Positions 1 through 22,010 of a stretch of DNA of 64,000 nucleotides are shown piece after piece. The stretch comes from Hormiphora californensis. Lineage: Eukaryota; Animalia; Ctenophora. The translations under genes were made by a program, and so were the position numbers. The notes beneath the pieces are model-generated. The model ran no database searches. It saw nothing but the letters and a program-made list of their open reading frames with translations, and had not been told where the DNA came from. Positions within the stretch are counted from its first letter, which is position 1. Every line of letters begins with the position of its first letter. The stretch covers positions 5,022,001 to 5,086,000 of the forward strand of contig CM035356.1 in the NCBI GenBank assembly GCA_020137815.1, written 5' to 3'.

Positions 1-254
1 AAGCAGGGAATTTTTGGGTTTTTTTTTTTGGGGGGGAAACCGTCCCAAAAAATAAAAAAAAATTTTTTTTAAAAACAAAAAAAGTTGGTACCCCCCCACC
101 CCATTTACAGGCCTAGATTATTTATAAAAAAAAAAAAAATATAAACTTGCTGGTTGGATCAGCTTTAATATTTATTTATTTAGTATATAATAGATTATAT
201 AAAGGTAAAATGGGTTAGAAAACATCAACAAGTTTAAATTTGAAAAATTTGCGT

Positions 255-401
255 CTACTTCGTGCCCCGGGTTCTGTACACGTGTAGTAGTTGTTGGCAG
301 TTCGCCTGAAGAAAGCTATCGACAGTTAGAAGCGTTCGTCTTCCAACTAAGCTGAGAAGAGAGAATAGGATAAAAAAAGGGGGAGGGAAAAGGGGAAAAA
401 G

Positions 402-441
<40 letters not shown>

Positions 442-1150
442 AGAGAGAGATCAGAGATAGAGGAATGAACCTGAAGTCTACATTGCTTGCAGTGCAGCTC
501 CATATTATTTTGCAGTATAATCCCAGTTTCATCATGGTTCTGATGCGTGGTTTACACAGTTTTGAAATTTGTAAAATTTTTCTCTCCCCCTTAATGGCAA
601 GTTTCACACCCCTTTTACTCACAGCCACGCAAAACCTTTTTTGGTTTAAAATATTTCCATTAGTTCCACCCACAAAAGTCAGTACATCCCAGTGGCACAG
701 GCTTCAAAACCGGATTGGAAGATTTGAACTTCTGTGCCACTGGACACTGAATAGTGTGTTTGTGTGTGTATTGTGAGTTTAGTGTATCTTCAGAAAGTGC
801 TCGACAGTGTTACCTGAACTAATCAGTATCTCTTCATCGTAAAATGTTATAATGATTTCTAAGTACTTGCTTTGCTATGCTGTAGTTCAGTTTTACGACA
901 TGTTATGATATCATCCAACTTTATAAGCTGTGTGGTTTTAATAGATCACCACCACATAATATGTATATAGTTCATGGTATACCTATATCTGCCCCCCCCC
1001 CCGGCCCATTCAGTAACAAGTGATTACTGATTATATATTCTCACACTACTACGCTCATCAGACACCTGTGTGTGTGTTGTGTGATACTCTTTGCAAGTAC
1101 GGTTTTTGACTTTGCCCACCACTGCTTGTTGTTGAGGTCCTCTCTCTCTC

Positions 1151-1231
<81 letters not shown>

Positions 1232-1381
1232 CTCTGTTATTGATCGTTCTTTGATTTTTCTCACTTCTTTTCTCTCATCTCGCACACGTTCTATCCCATA
1301 CATTGCTTGTTGTTCTCTCAGTGTTGAATAAGATATTCCAAGATATACAAGATATAACACGATGTATTGTACATCATCCAT
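255..1381 (-). CDS. Possible spliced gene of unknown function in low-quality sequence
   Basis: ATG at 1381 opens a hydrophobic leader (MDDVQYIVLYLVYLGISYS). Exon-like open stretches with plausible GT/AG ends at about 471-747 and 255-351. Frames do not join cleanly and I recognise no domain. Confidence 0.25.
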
Positions 1382-1678
1382 TACCTCTCTGTTTTAAATT
1401 GTTGTACAATTGTTATAGTGCTGAATGACAACACTTTACATGGACACACTGTTTGGAGGTAAGATAAAACTACAAAATTTTAGTTTTTTACATTGAAATC
1501 TCGAGTAGAAATTTAAAAGAATATATTGTCACCCTCTCTCTCGATTACTACATTGAGCTTGGCAAGCATAATATTACTGATTGAAGTCCGATCATCAATT
1601 CTTCCTCAAGTATGTATGTCGTGTGAGGGAAAGAGGGAGAGACAGGGAGAGACAGAGAGAGAGAGACAGAGAGAGAGA

Positions 1679-1777
<99 letters not shown>

Positions 1778-1778
1778 C

Positions 1779-1817
<39 letters not shown>

Positions 1818-1819
1818 CT

Positions 1820-2813
1820 TCAAAGCCATGCTCCACTCCTATATGATCTGCCCCTCTTCCACCTCACGCACCAGTAATACCACCCTTCAGCCTTAGCCCT
1901 CACTACCACAGTAATGGCTCCAACAATACAAATAACCAGTGCAGCAATAGGGGTTATCACCAGCAGGTGCCTTGATATACTTTCAATGAGTTCAAATTTA
2001 GGATGCTGGTTAAATGCTCGAAACGGTGTGAAGGTTGGGGGTAGAGTTGGTATTGTGTAGACTTCCATTCCCCATAGTGTATGTGGTGCGTTGCAGAGAT
2101 CACCCTTACACTGCCTGCAGTTCCCCTCCTCTATCACATCTTCCTCCTCGTGCTGAGTGAGATTGTTATGTTAACTAGAGAGAGAGAGAGTTGTGAGTTT
2201 GTTATATCAACTAGAGAGAGAGAGTTGTGAGATTGTTATGTTAACTAGAGAGAGAGTTGTGAGATTGTTATATTAACTAGAGAGAGACAGTCTCCTATTA
2301 TTATACCTGGTGGGTAGGTTCGTGATCGTTGCAGTGTCCACACCCATAGAGATAGTCCACATCTCCCCACCACATTACAACACGACGTGAGTAGCACACC
2401 TCTTCGGTGTCATCGTGCATATCATCACACGTCGATACATCTGAAAGTGGGGGGAGGGGGGTTCTATTTGTTGAAAAGTGTATGATAATGCTTTAGAGAA
2501 GTGAGGACACATGCCTGGGTCACTAAATCAAGCCCGCCGCCCCTTGCCCCTCCCTTTGCATCTACTGAGTGCGGAAAAAAGATTTCGGAAAAGGTTGAGC
2601 CACAAAATCCCCCCTCGCCATAGAGTCGATTTAGCTTACCTAGATCTTTAAGGGTGTGTAAGTCAGTACTTACCGAGATCTTTAAGGGTGTGTAAGTCAG
2701 TACTTACCCAGATCTTTAAGGGTGTGCGAGTCAGTACTCTGTCCTAGAGCACACCTGGATATTTGGAGGGTTTGAAGCGGCAAATGAAGGAGAAGAAAGC
2801 ACTCGAATAACAT
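1820..2813 (-). CDS. 3-exon type I membrane protein with a Ly6/uPAR (three-finger)-like cysteine ectodomain
   Basis: Exons about 2813-2708, 2440-2307 and 2153-1820 join in frame with GT-AG introns: MLFECFLLLHLPLQTLQISRCALGQ...TCDD...EVCYSRR...YGCGHC...NCRQCKGDLCN. A TM helix (LLVITPIAALVICIVGAITVVV) and short basic tail follow. The terminal CxxDLCN motif is typical of the LU/three-finger fold. Confidence 0.7.
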
Positions 2814-3079
2814 GGTTCCTTAACTAGAGAGAGAAAGAGAGAATTGAGCAAACATGAACAAGTTTAGTTATGAAAACGAGTGCAAGGTAACGTGCCACAA
2901 AATAGTTGTTGAATTAACGGAAATTATGTTAATTATCACAATATAGCAATACCACAAACTTAACAGAAATTATTTTCAAATACCACAAACTTATAAATAG
3001 GATGAACATATATAGGACCATTTATCAATGTGTAAAATGCAAATCCTGACGGATTAGACATCTCGCAGTAAGTTTAGCT

Positions 3080-3237
3080 AGCTAAATAGTATAGGAGCCG
3101 GGAACATACATTATGAGCATTTATTACTACTAAGCAGTATAGGAGCGGGGAACATACATTATGAGCATTTATTACTACTAAGCAGTATAGGAGCGGGGAA
3201 CATACATTATGAGCATTTATTACTACTAAGCAGTAGA
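3080..3237. repeat. Minisatellite, about 51-52 bp x3
   Basis: Repeated agtataggagc(g)gggaacatacattatgagcatttattactactaagc. Confidence 0.85.
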
Positions 3238-4672
3238 GGAGGAATTCTCACGTACACGTATGTGTATGTGATCACTAACATACTAATGAGAGTACTCTAG
3301 TAGTAGCTGTACTACACATGTATATACTGATTTGTACTGATGATGTACTGATGTCTGATTACTATAAAACTGAAGCTATCAGTATTTATAACAGAAATAA
3401 TGTATATTCAGAGAGCTATGTGCCAGCACCGATAGAAAATTAAAGCGAAATTACGAAGAAAAGAAACGTTGAGCCGTTTTGTAATTATTCCGCCACAAGT
3501 TGTGGTCAAGGGAGAGAGAGAGAGGTGGTGGGGCCGGATAAGAGTTTAGAGCTATGTTAAAAGAGTGGAAGTATAAAAAGTGAGCTATATAAAGAAACAC
3601 ATGCTAAAAGTTAGGAACAGATTATTAAAATATTGGCACAACACACATATATTATTACACGAATTACACAACTACACACGTGATCTGCACGAATCTGCTG
3701 CATTTCCTTCCAATTAGATCTCTGTGAAATCTTTCTTAATGAAATACTGATATATCTGTACCGGACTTGCAGTCCTGGCAACTAACTGTGGTAATTAGTT
3801 TATTAATTAATTGTATCTAATTGTACTAGAAGAATTAATCAATCCACATCGTGGGAACTGGAAATTGCACTGAGATTTACATCTAACTCTGCTATATAAT
3901 GAAACTTAAATTACCCTGATATTAAACCTATACTATTAGACTATCAGCTGATTTAATATTTGAACTCATGAAACCAAATATACATTCTTGTCCATGTTGG
4001 GTTGTAGTTTCCAGTGCTCTATACCGTCCCCCCTGCCCTTGACCGTTGTGTTGGGAGCTTAAAATGGACGAGTACGAAATATATGTTGCTCGGTAAACCA
4101 TTGTCTGGGATCATCTTTATGTGTCTGGGATCAATTAACCCCCATCCTACATGGGGGGAGGCCGATTGTGTGATGCAAGAGAGTACTGCAACTATGGGAC
4201 TTGTGTGATGCAAGAAAGTAGTACTGCAACCATGGGACCCTTTTACGGTAACTAATAATCAGTGCATAATGCTGCAGCTGTTGTGCAACTGCTTTATAGT
4301 TCTCTCTGCCTGCTGCAGGTAGTGGATTAGTTACTTCCTGTTTCATTGCTACTGCATTGCCCCGTCATATGTTAGTGTGGTGACGTAATTTGGGGAAGGG
4401 GGTGAAAAATGGGATTAGCGCATTAGCATAATATTGTAGACAACATTCTAGAAGTTCTGATGTGTCGCAGCTCTCTTCTTTTCTATCCTGCACTCCCTTC
4501 CTGTCAGTGCCTTGTGCCTGTAGGCACTGCCACTACACTACTACAGTATATAATGCACCACTGGTGCAGCCAGAGAGAGAGAGAGATTCGTAGTGCAGTA
4601 AGCAAATTATACACATGCTCCCTTTCCCTGCGTGGTGTTTTAGTTGTGTGAGTTATGCTGTGTCATGTTGGA

Positions 4673-14423
<9,751 letters not shown>

Positions 14424-15813
14424 AGAATACAGTAGATTGGATGAAATTGAATACTGTCGAGAAAGGATTTATTAAAATTGTGTTACAGAGGGGTTGAAGC
14501 TGTTTTTGGGGAATTTTTTATTTACTAATACCGGATGATATATATCAGGGATTTATTTACTCCGCGTTTTAAAAGATTAATGTTCAATAAACTGGCTTAT
14601 TAATTTGTTAATTTATCTTCTGTTAACACCCGTACAAAAACACCGTCTTTATTTTGGTATTATCTTGATAAACGTAAAACACCTGTACCTACCAGTAAAA
14701 TAGGGAGAGGAAGGGCTTTTGGGAAGCGTTCAACATGCTAACATTGTGGGAGCCGTATCGCCTGCAGAGAGTGAGATGTAACGCGCGACTCGCTAATCTT
14801 GTGGCGCGCAATGAAAGCAAGACATCGTAGGCCAAAGTTAAATGCGCGCCCCCCGCTTTTTTGCTCCAGGATCTTGGCATGGGCAAAAGTTCAAAATTGA
14901 CATGTGGCATGTTCCCAGTCGGTGACTGGTGAGAATCTCACACGTCACAGTGAGGGTGTGGTTGACATGAAAAGAATTAAAAGGCATAGTGCAACTGCTC
15001 ATTGTTCTCCCTATTATATCGAAAAATCGGGTTTTTAAACACTATCTGCCCCTGTTTTGTGCGCGGCGTTGTATTTGCGCGTGCCAAGTAAATACTCGCG
15101 CGCGGCAATAATGGCCTGGATTCTATTTATTCATATCACGCCGCGTTTTTTAGTGCTGGGTGTTGAAACTCGAAAGGGAAGGTTCCGCCTTTGAAAGGCG
15201 GCCTTTCGCTTCACACCCTTACACCACACCGAAGCTGCAGGATGACATTCATTTCAATATACATCAAGTGTGATACCCCTACATAGCGCCCCATCGGTGA
15301 TACCAGTTCTGGCCGAATGCCGATCATCACTTCCACAGCTCAGTTCCCGCTTTAGGTAACTGCTGAAGCTCTAAGCCTCTCAGCCTTGTAGGATATATAC
15401 ATAATAATAATAATAATAATAATAACTATGTTTATATTCCGCCCATATCCGACAGGGACAGAGCAGCGGAACTGCTGCTGTCACTGAAGGATGATCTGAA
15501 CGGTTAATATACTGGTAAGACCTCGCAAACTTATCCCTAATAGAACAAAAAATAATAAAGAAAAAAATACACCGGCTCACATTACTATCGGCTCACATAA
15601 CTATCGGTGACTGAATACATAACAGACTGAGTTAGAGTCCTGGAACTCTAAAAAATGATATAAAAGTCCGTAGATTGGAAACACAGAAAAACACTCGTGC
15701 TATGAAAAACCCCAATTTATGCTTCACTCTTCTGCTCGCCACGAGCTATAATACAGAAAAACAATTAAAAACGGGTACCAGCCAGAGCACATACCTCAGC
15801 AAGAAGGAGAGTG

Positions 15814-18789
15814 TTAAGAGGACAGTCCAGTCTCACCAAAAGCCTCAGTGAAAAGACTAGTCTTGAGCTTAGACTTGAAAGATTCCACAGACTCAACAGC
15901 TCTCAGATCAAGGGGAAGCCTATTCCAGACTTCAGGTAGGTAAACCGACGGGCGTCTTCTTCTCAACTTGGAAGTCGCATTGACACTTGATAGCTTAGGG
16001 TACTTCAGCTTGAGGCCATCAGGCCAAGCATTTCCTCTAGTAGCCCGGATCACATGAAGTCCATCATCAACAGGGACCTGATCTTGCAGGTAGTCAGGGG
16101 CCAATCCATGTACAATCTTGTACGCCATGAGGCATGCTTTGAACGTGACTCGTTGTTCCACAGGAAGAACATGCAACTCTTTCAAGTATGGCATGTAGGT
16201 GTCTTGGTGACCGTATAGGCCATAAACAAATCTGACACACGAGTTCAAGACTCTCTGAAGGCTGTTGAGAAGCTTATTAGGTAAGCCATGGTAAAGGACA
16301 TTACAATAATCCAATCTTGAAATGATGAGCTGCTTAACAAGGAGTATCTTGGTCGATTTATCCAGACATCGGTTTACCTGCCATAGATTCTTCAAAAGCA
16401 AACCACATTGTTTCTTAACACTGTTGATTTGTCTCTCCATTGAGAGGTTGCTATCAAGGAACACTCCTAGTGTTTTTCCTGCATTACCCGTAAAGTCCAC
16501 TGGGCTTATCTCCACTCCACCAAAGTCCACAGTGGGCTGATACACCATCTTATCCAGGGCACTGTTTTTGCCTAACAGCAGGAATTCAGTCTTTGCCTCA
16601 TTGAACTTTAGCCAGTGCTCACTCATCCACTCTTTCACACTTGACAAGCATTCCTCAGTCCTCTCCTTTGCCAGGTTCCAGTTTTCCTCATCAGTTGGTA
16701 CAAAGCTGATGTACAATTGCGAGTCATCAGCATAAAGTTTAATCCTCAAGCCATAAGGTTTGACCAAATCTTGCAATTCCTCCACATACAGTAAAAACAA
16801 CACAGGTCCAAGCAGTGAACCCTGCGGAACTCCACAAATCAGAGAGACAATCCTCGAAAGTTCCCCTTCCACGTTTACCCGATAAGTCCTCATTTGTAGA
16901 TAGTTGGCGAACCAATCCAAGACAGAACCCCTCACTCCAAACCGTTCTTCAAGAACTTCTAGCAGCTTTCCATGGTCCACTGTGTCAAAAGCGGCGCTCA
17001 TATCTAATAGAAAGAGGCCTGCGACCTTTCCTTCATCCATATCCCGAAGGAGATCATCAAACATACCCATCAGTAGGGTTTCACAGCTATGATTCACCCT
17101 GTAACCTGATTGATGCTTATTTAGTAACTCGTTCTCATTTAGATACGAGTTGAGCTGCTCTAGAACTATCTTTTCCAGAAGTTTGGAGACAAAAGATAGG
17201 TTGGAGACTGGCCGATAATTGGTCAAAGTGTCTTTATCGCCATAAGGGTTCTTAATCGTGGGAAACACCAAAGCTTGCTGGAGAAGTTCAGGAACACTGG
17301 AACATCCAAGAGATAGGTTAATAAACCTGCACAAGACTGGAGCTAGCTCATGCATACACCCCTTCACTAACCAAGTCGGTATAGGGTCAAGATCACATGT
17401 CTTGTCTGGCATGTCTTTGATTATCCTCTTTAGTTTCTCTGGGGAAACTTCCTCAAATTCCTCAAAACAACAGACGGGTGTCTGATGAATAGGGTTCCTC
17501 TTGGTCCTCAGATTCTTCTCTCCAATAACAGTAGACCGGATCTTATCAACTTTTCCAACAAAGAAGTCCGCAAAGTCATCCGCTAACCTCTGCTTATCTG
17601 TGGTTTCAGGCATAAAGGTCTCAGTATTACCAAGTAGACGGTTCAGTTTCCTTTGAAGGGCTTTAGGGTCATCTCTGGACTCCTCCAAGTCTTCCTTGAC
17701 GTATTTCGTCCTCGCTTCCTTGTCAACACGCCCAAACTGCCTCTTGAGTTCATTGAACTGCTTCTTCGTGACGCTGGTTTTATTGTTCTCCCAGGCTCGC
17801 TCAGCATTCCGCCGCTGACGAAGAACTTGACGCACCTCTGGATTATCTCTCCATGGCCTCAGCTTAGCTCCTCTCTTCTTTCTCCTCTTCAACGGGACAG
17901 TCCTATCCACAAGTTCCTCAAGTTTCCTCATATAAATACACAAGACCTCCTCAGCTGATCCAGATTCCATCGCTTCACTCCAATCCACACTCCTAAAAGC
18001 ACATCGAAGTATTTCAATATCAACAGCCTTGAAATCTCTGTACATGTCCACTTTTTCACGAGTCTTGTATTCACTTGCAACAGTTTCAATACACAGCTCC
18101 GCCAATACAAGAAAATGATCAGAGGTCGTTCCGCCAGGAAATACTTCAACTGATTGAACCTTAGAATATCTGTCTTTTTGGCAGAGAAGCAGATCCAAAG
18201 TACCACCACGAACATGAGTAGGTTGTAGTGGGACCCGCTGATCAAATCCAAGAGAGTCAAGTAGTCCAAGCAACTTCTTCGCATAGAAGTTCTGAGTATC
18301 TTGAACCTGGAAGTTAAAGTCCCCCATCAGGATAGGGTTCCCCGTTTTGCAGACCAACTCTGACAAATAATCAGTAAACTCATCCAAGAACTGGGCTTCC
18401 GTAAACCGTGCCTTGCCAGTATACGGAGGTCTATAGATATTGCACAGCCTCGTGACATCTTTTCCTCCTCCAATAAGGGCTTCCTGGACTTGAAACGATT
18501 TAAACTTGGCTTTTACCGGAGTGTATTTCAACTTGACACCATCCCTGTACAAGATTCCAATTCCACCTCCTGAACGTTCCGCTCTAGGCGAGGAGAAGAT
18601 ATTCCAACCATAGTCTCTGATCTCCTGAAGTTTAGCTGTGTCACTCTGTTTCAGATAAGTCTCCTGTACCAAGCAGATGTCGCATCCTTTTTCCTCCAAG
18701 TGTGTAATTACACCTGACGTTTTATTCATAATAGAATGGACGTTTAGTGTGCCAATCCTCCAAGACGTTTTCCTCTCAGATCCTCCCAT
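15814..18789 (-). CDS. LINE ORF2: AP endonuclease + reverse transcriptase (991 aa, intact)
   Basis: APE motifs LNV, VQET, IYRPP, MGDFN, TLDL, SDH. RT motifs NYRPVSNL, HQSGYR, LDMSAAFDTV, GVPQGSLLGP, YADDSQLY. Confidence 0.95.
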   Translation of the reverse strand: MGGSERKTSWRIGTLNVHSIMNKTSGVITHLEEKGCDICLVQETYLKQSDTAKLQEIRDYGWNIFSSPRAERSGGGIGILYRDGVKLKYTPVKAKFKSFQVQEALIGGGKDVTRLCNIYRPPYTGKARFTEAQFLDEFTDYLSELVCKTGNPILMGDFNFQVQDTQNFYAKKLLGLLDSLGFDQRVPLQPTHVRGGTLDLLLCQKDRYSKVQSVEVFPGGTTSDHFLVLAELCIETVASEYKTREKVDMYRDFKAVDIEILRCAFRSVDWSEAMESGSAEEVLCIYMRKLEELVDRTVPLKRRKKRGAKLRPWRDNPEVRQVLRQRRNAERAWENNKTSVTKKQFNELKRQFGRVDKEARTKYVKEDLEESRDDPKALQRKLNRLLGNTETFMPETTDKQRLADDFADFFVGKVDKIRSTVIGEKNLRTKRNPIHQTPVCCFEEFEEVSPEKLKRIIKDMPDKTCDLDPIPTWLVKGCMHELAPVLCRFINLSLGCSSVPELLQQALVFPTIKNPYGDKDTLTNYRPVSNLSFVSKLLEKIVLEQLNSYLNENELLNKHQSGYRVNHSCETLLMGMFDDLLRDMDEGKVAGLFLLDMSAAFDTVDHGKLLEVLEERFGVRGSVLDWFANYLQMRTYRVNVEGELSRIVSLICGVPQGSLLGPVLFLLYVEELQDLVKPYGLRIKLYADDSQLYISFVPTDEENWNLAKERTEECLSSVKEWMSEHWLKFNEAKTEFLLLGKNSALDKMVYQPTVDFGGVEISPVDFTGNAGKTLGVFLDSNLSMERQINSVKKQCGLLLKNLWQVNRCLDKSTKILLVKQLIISRLDYCNVLYHGLPNKLLNSLQRVLNSCVRFVYGLYGHQDTYMPYLKELHVLPVEQRVTFKACLMAYKIVHGLAPDYLQDQVPVDDGLHVIRATRGNAWPDGLKLKYPKLSSVNATSKLRRRRPSVYLPEVWNRLPLDLRAVESVESFKSKLKTSLFTEAFGETGLSS

Positions 18790-20033
18790 GCCCTCGTCAG
18801 GTACACGTTTTTTTTCTGCTTTGTTACTCCACTGGTACTCTCCATGAGTCTTCCTTTAGCATTTACATAGAATGGACACATACTGCTGGAGGCTGGGTGA
18901 CTTTGAGCATGGCGCTTATCCTCTCTGCTTCCTCCATGATCACAGTTGACACATTTCATCCTGCTCACTACATTTTCCTTCTTGGCATGGCAACTCCTCG
19001 TGTCATGATCTCCCGTACAGAAGGCACAAACCGGAGATTTATCCTTGTTTGGGCAGTAGATGGATCCTGCTACATGGCCAAAGCGCTGACAGTGGAAACA
19101 CTGCGTGACATAAAACCTGTTCCTCACTGAATGCTGTCGAAGTTTCAAGAATAGCTTGTCCTTCCTTTCTGATATCGCCTTCCTCACTTCCGGAGAGACC
19201 TGAAACACTGCATATCTTCCTGTTCTGTTTACATGGACCACCTTCACCAGGTGACCCTCCTAAACTAGTCTCTTCACAGATTCATTCTTATCACTGACAA
19301 TCTCTGACAGAAGGCGATCTTTTTCCAGCAGGTCTTGGTCAAGATCATTGATCATGATGCGAGGATCTCTTTTCTTCTCCTTCTCTACTACAGGAGAAAC
19401 ATCAAGGAACGGTGAAAGAACTTCTTTCGCCTGTTCCAACTGTTCATCGGTCTCAAACATAAGATTTGTCCTCCTCTTGGTGACTGAAAGATCTAGGACT
19501 GGAATCTTATTCAATGCTTTCTCCACCTTTGTCTTCACGACAGTAGTCCACTTCTTCTCACACATAGGTCCTTCCTCACCTTTATCCTTGATAGTCAGAT
19601 ACCTCTTAATTGGAGTCACAGGTGTCACAGTTTCCTGTGCTGAGCCAATGCGATTCACAGCGTGAATAGCCAATTGGTCGCTGCCAGGAGCTAAGATCTT
19701 GCTAACCTTGGGGGCAACCAGATCCGGTAGTGTGCTCAGAAGATCCTCTTTCAGCTTATCCAGTGTATCCTTCAAGTCTTCAGCTGTGAATGATGTCACA
19801 GATTCAGATGAGTGGGTAGAGATGCGTCGTGTTTCTGGTAACAATCCATATAGTTCCTTGACCATCGTCCATAAAACCGCTTTGGAAGCTCCAGTTGGAG
19901 GTTCCACTGCGTCATCCTTAATGCTCTGCAAAATACTGGCACCCTTACATCTATCAGAGTAGCTCGTGGCGAGCAACTTACCCTCCATATCGTTCCTGCA
20001 CATTATAACATCATGGGTAGCCACACCCGACAT
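18744..20033 (-). CDS. LINE ORF1 (gag-like, three CCHC knuckles) interrupted by one in-frame TAG at 19262-19260
   Basis: Track ORFs 19260-20033 and 18744-19247 are in the same frame (KRLV*EGHLVKVVH). Knuckles: CFHCQRFGHVAGSIYC, CAFCTGDHDTRSC, CVNC...H...C. Overlaps ORF2 by 46 nt. Confidence 0.85.
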
Positions 20034-20220
20034 CCTGTCCTGTAAATAGAGGCGCGAGGAACCGTTCCTTGCAAGTCTTGGCGTCCTTGGTTATAACCCA
20101 ACGAGGTCCTCTGAGATCTGTTTACTTAGAAAAACCAGACACGTCTTCTCTTGTCTTTTCTTTAAGGAGAGGGATAAACAGAAGTCTCAGAAGGATTAGC
20201 GAGGGGCAGCAAAACGGATC

Positions 20221-20248
20221 CTCAAATTAATTTGTTTAAAGTAGTGTT
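20221..20248 (-). other. Spliced-leader exon sequence AACACTACTTTAAACAAATTAATTTGAG at the LINE 5' end
   Basis: Read directly from the minus strand. Matches the 3' 28 nt of the ctenophore SL as I recall it. Followed by GATCCG, not a GT donor, so this is not an SL RNA gene. Confidence 0.8.
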
Positions 20249-20471
20249 AGTCATATGACTAATGACTAATTTATATATGTCTATAGTGTGAGAGCGGGAA
20301 GAGTTACTTATATAACTCTATTATAAATGTTGAAGTTCATTTTCATTTTCATTTCTATTCCAGTATTTTCGATACCTAATTATCAACATTTTTCTCAATA
20401 TGTAGGTGCTAAGATATCTTAGGAAACTGTTCTTCAGTACCTCAGTTAAGCAAGTGCACCATAAAAAGACA

Positions 20472-20664
20472 AAAGTTCAAAAGTGCAACACATCCAAGAG
20501 CGCACCACATCCAGAAGATAGCACATTCAAGAGCGCACCACATCCAGAAAAGACCACTCTAAGGGAGTTCCCCTCCCAAAAGGTACCGCTCTTAGAGTAG
20601 TCTCTTCTGGGTATGGTTTGTTCTTTGATTTGGTCTCTTCTGGATGTGGTGCTCTTTGAACTTT
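20472..20664. mobile_element. Small MITE-like inverted repeat with subterminal repeats
   Basis: aaagttcaaa...agagcgcaccacatccagaa versus ttctggatgtggtgctctttgaacttt. Confidence 0.45.
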
Positions 20665-21737
20665 ACCATGGTTCATCCTAAAACACCTGGCTCACACCTT
20701 AATCCTGTAAATTTTATTGCATTACCCAAACACAGCTTTCGCATATTTCATTAATGCATTCATATATTATGAACGTGCGTCATGCAGTGCTGAAACGCTA
20801 TTCAAGTATTCCGTTTTCCAATTAGTCAGAACATCTAAATTAAAAATTCCCTCGGATCAGATCCAAAAATTAAAATACTTGATTTTATAGGGTCCACAGC
20901 TAGGAAAACTAGCCTTGCTCGACCCTGTTTACAAGTGTAAACTATCTGGCATCTGCTATATAACATTACCCCAATTGGCCAATAAGAGGTCACGCCTATC
21001 CGGCTGTTAGTTGTGAATTGTGATGCTAATATAATATTAATATATCGATTCAGCAATGTAATCTGTCATCCAATCAGAGCTCTCACTGGCTCCTATCCTC
21101 CCATTATGTGTCATGATCTTTCATGGCTCTACGCGTTTAGTGAGACAGACCGCATGTCAAATTGCGAAATTCCTTCTTTCGTGTTCATGTCTGTTCCTCT
21201 CTCAGAGTAAGACTGCAGTACGCTGTGCTTCTTAGAACACGCGGTCCCTTCGTAATTTGTTTAGACTCTCTGATTATGACTCCTTTGGCATGAACATGTA
21301 CTATTGTGTTCTGTAATAATCTCTCTATGTGTATATACAAATCAAACAATTCCCCCAGCAATTATCACGCTTTTATAATTATCTTGGGTGGGGAAATTAT
21401 GTGTAATCTTTTTATTTCCTGTAATTAGGTATCCCTGTTTCATTGTTGTAGTATAATATTAGTAAATTAGTATTATCATACGTACGCGTTTTCATCAAAA
21501 CAAGCTAGAATATTTCTGTATCATTTAGTCATGATCAGTTGTTAATTGCAGGGCAGTTGTTTGTTGATCGGTTTTGTCATATAATTAGTAAACAGCCGCA
21601 ATTTCTGTGTTGAAGATGATCACGATCTATTAATTATTTTGATATTTTTCGTTTATATACCTCTCTCTCTTTCTCCTTCTTTTGAATGACGGTGTATGCC
21701 ATTATTTATGTTCCCATTTCTGTTTGTTTTATAGTTA

Positions 21738-22010
21738 CCTAGTAACACCCTCTAGTACGTAACACCCTAGTAACACCCTAGTACGTAACACCCTAGTAAC
21801 ACCCTAGTACGTAACACCCTAGTAACACCCTAGTAAATCCCTAGTAACACCCTAGTAAACCCCTAGTAACGCCCTAGTAACACCCTAGTAACACCCTAGT
21901 AACACCCTAGTAACATCCTAGTAACACCCTAGTAACATCCTAGTAACACCCTAGTAACACCCTAGTAACATCCTAGTAACACCCTAGTAACACCCTAGTA
22001 ACACCCTAGG
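21738..22010. repeat. 11-bp minisatellite (taacaccctag)n
   Basis: More than 20 tandem copies with variants. Confidence 0.9.

Larger units (their letters stand above)
15401..20248 (-). mobile_element. Full-length L2/CR1-group LINE: SL-capped 5' end, ORF1 with CCHC knuckles, ORF2 APE-RT, (TAT)n tail
   Basis: Two overlapping ORFs, about 390 nt of 3' UTR, and a trinucleotide tail at 15401-15423. No clear TSD, as is usual for L2/CR1. Confidence 0.9.

Noticed and set aside
16322-19962. Plus-strand ORFs within the LINE, and minus-strand ORFs within NAGPA and CRE
   Set aside because: Antisense or shadow frames of long real ORFs.
20221-20248. SL RNA gene
   Set aside because: No GT donor or Sm site follows the SL exon, and the SL 5' end is missing.
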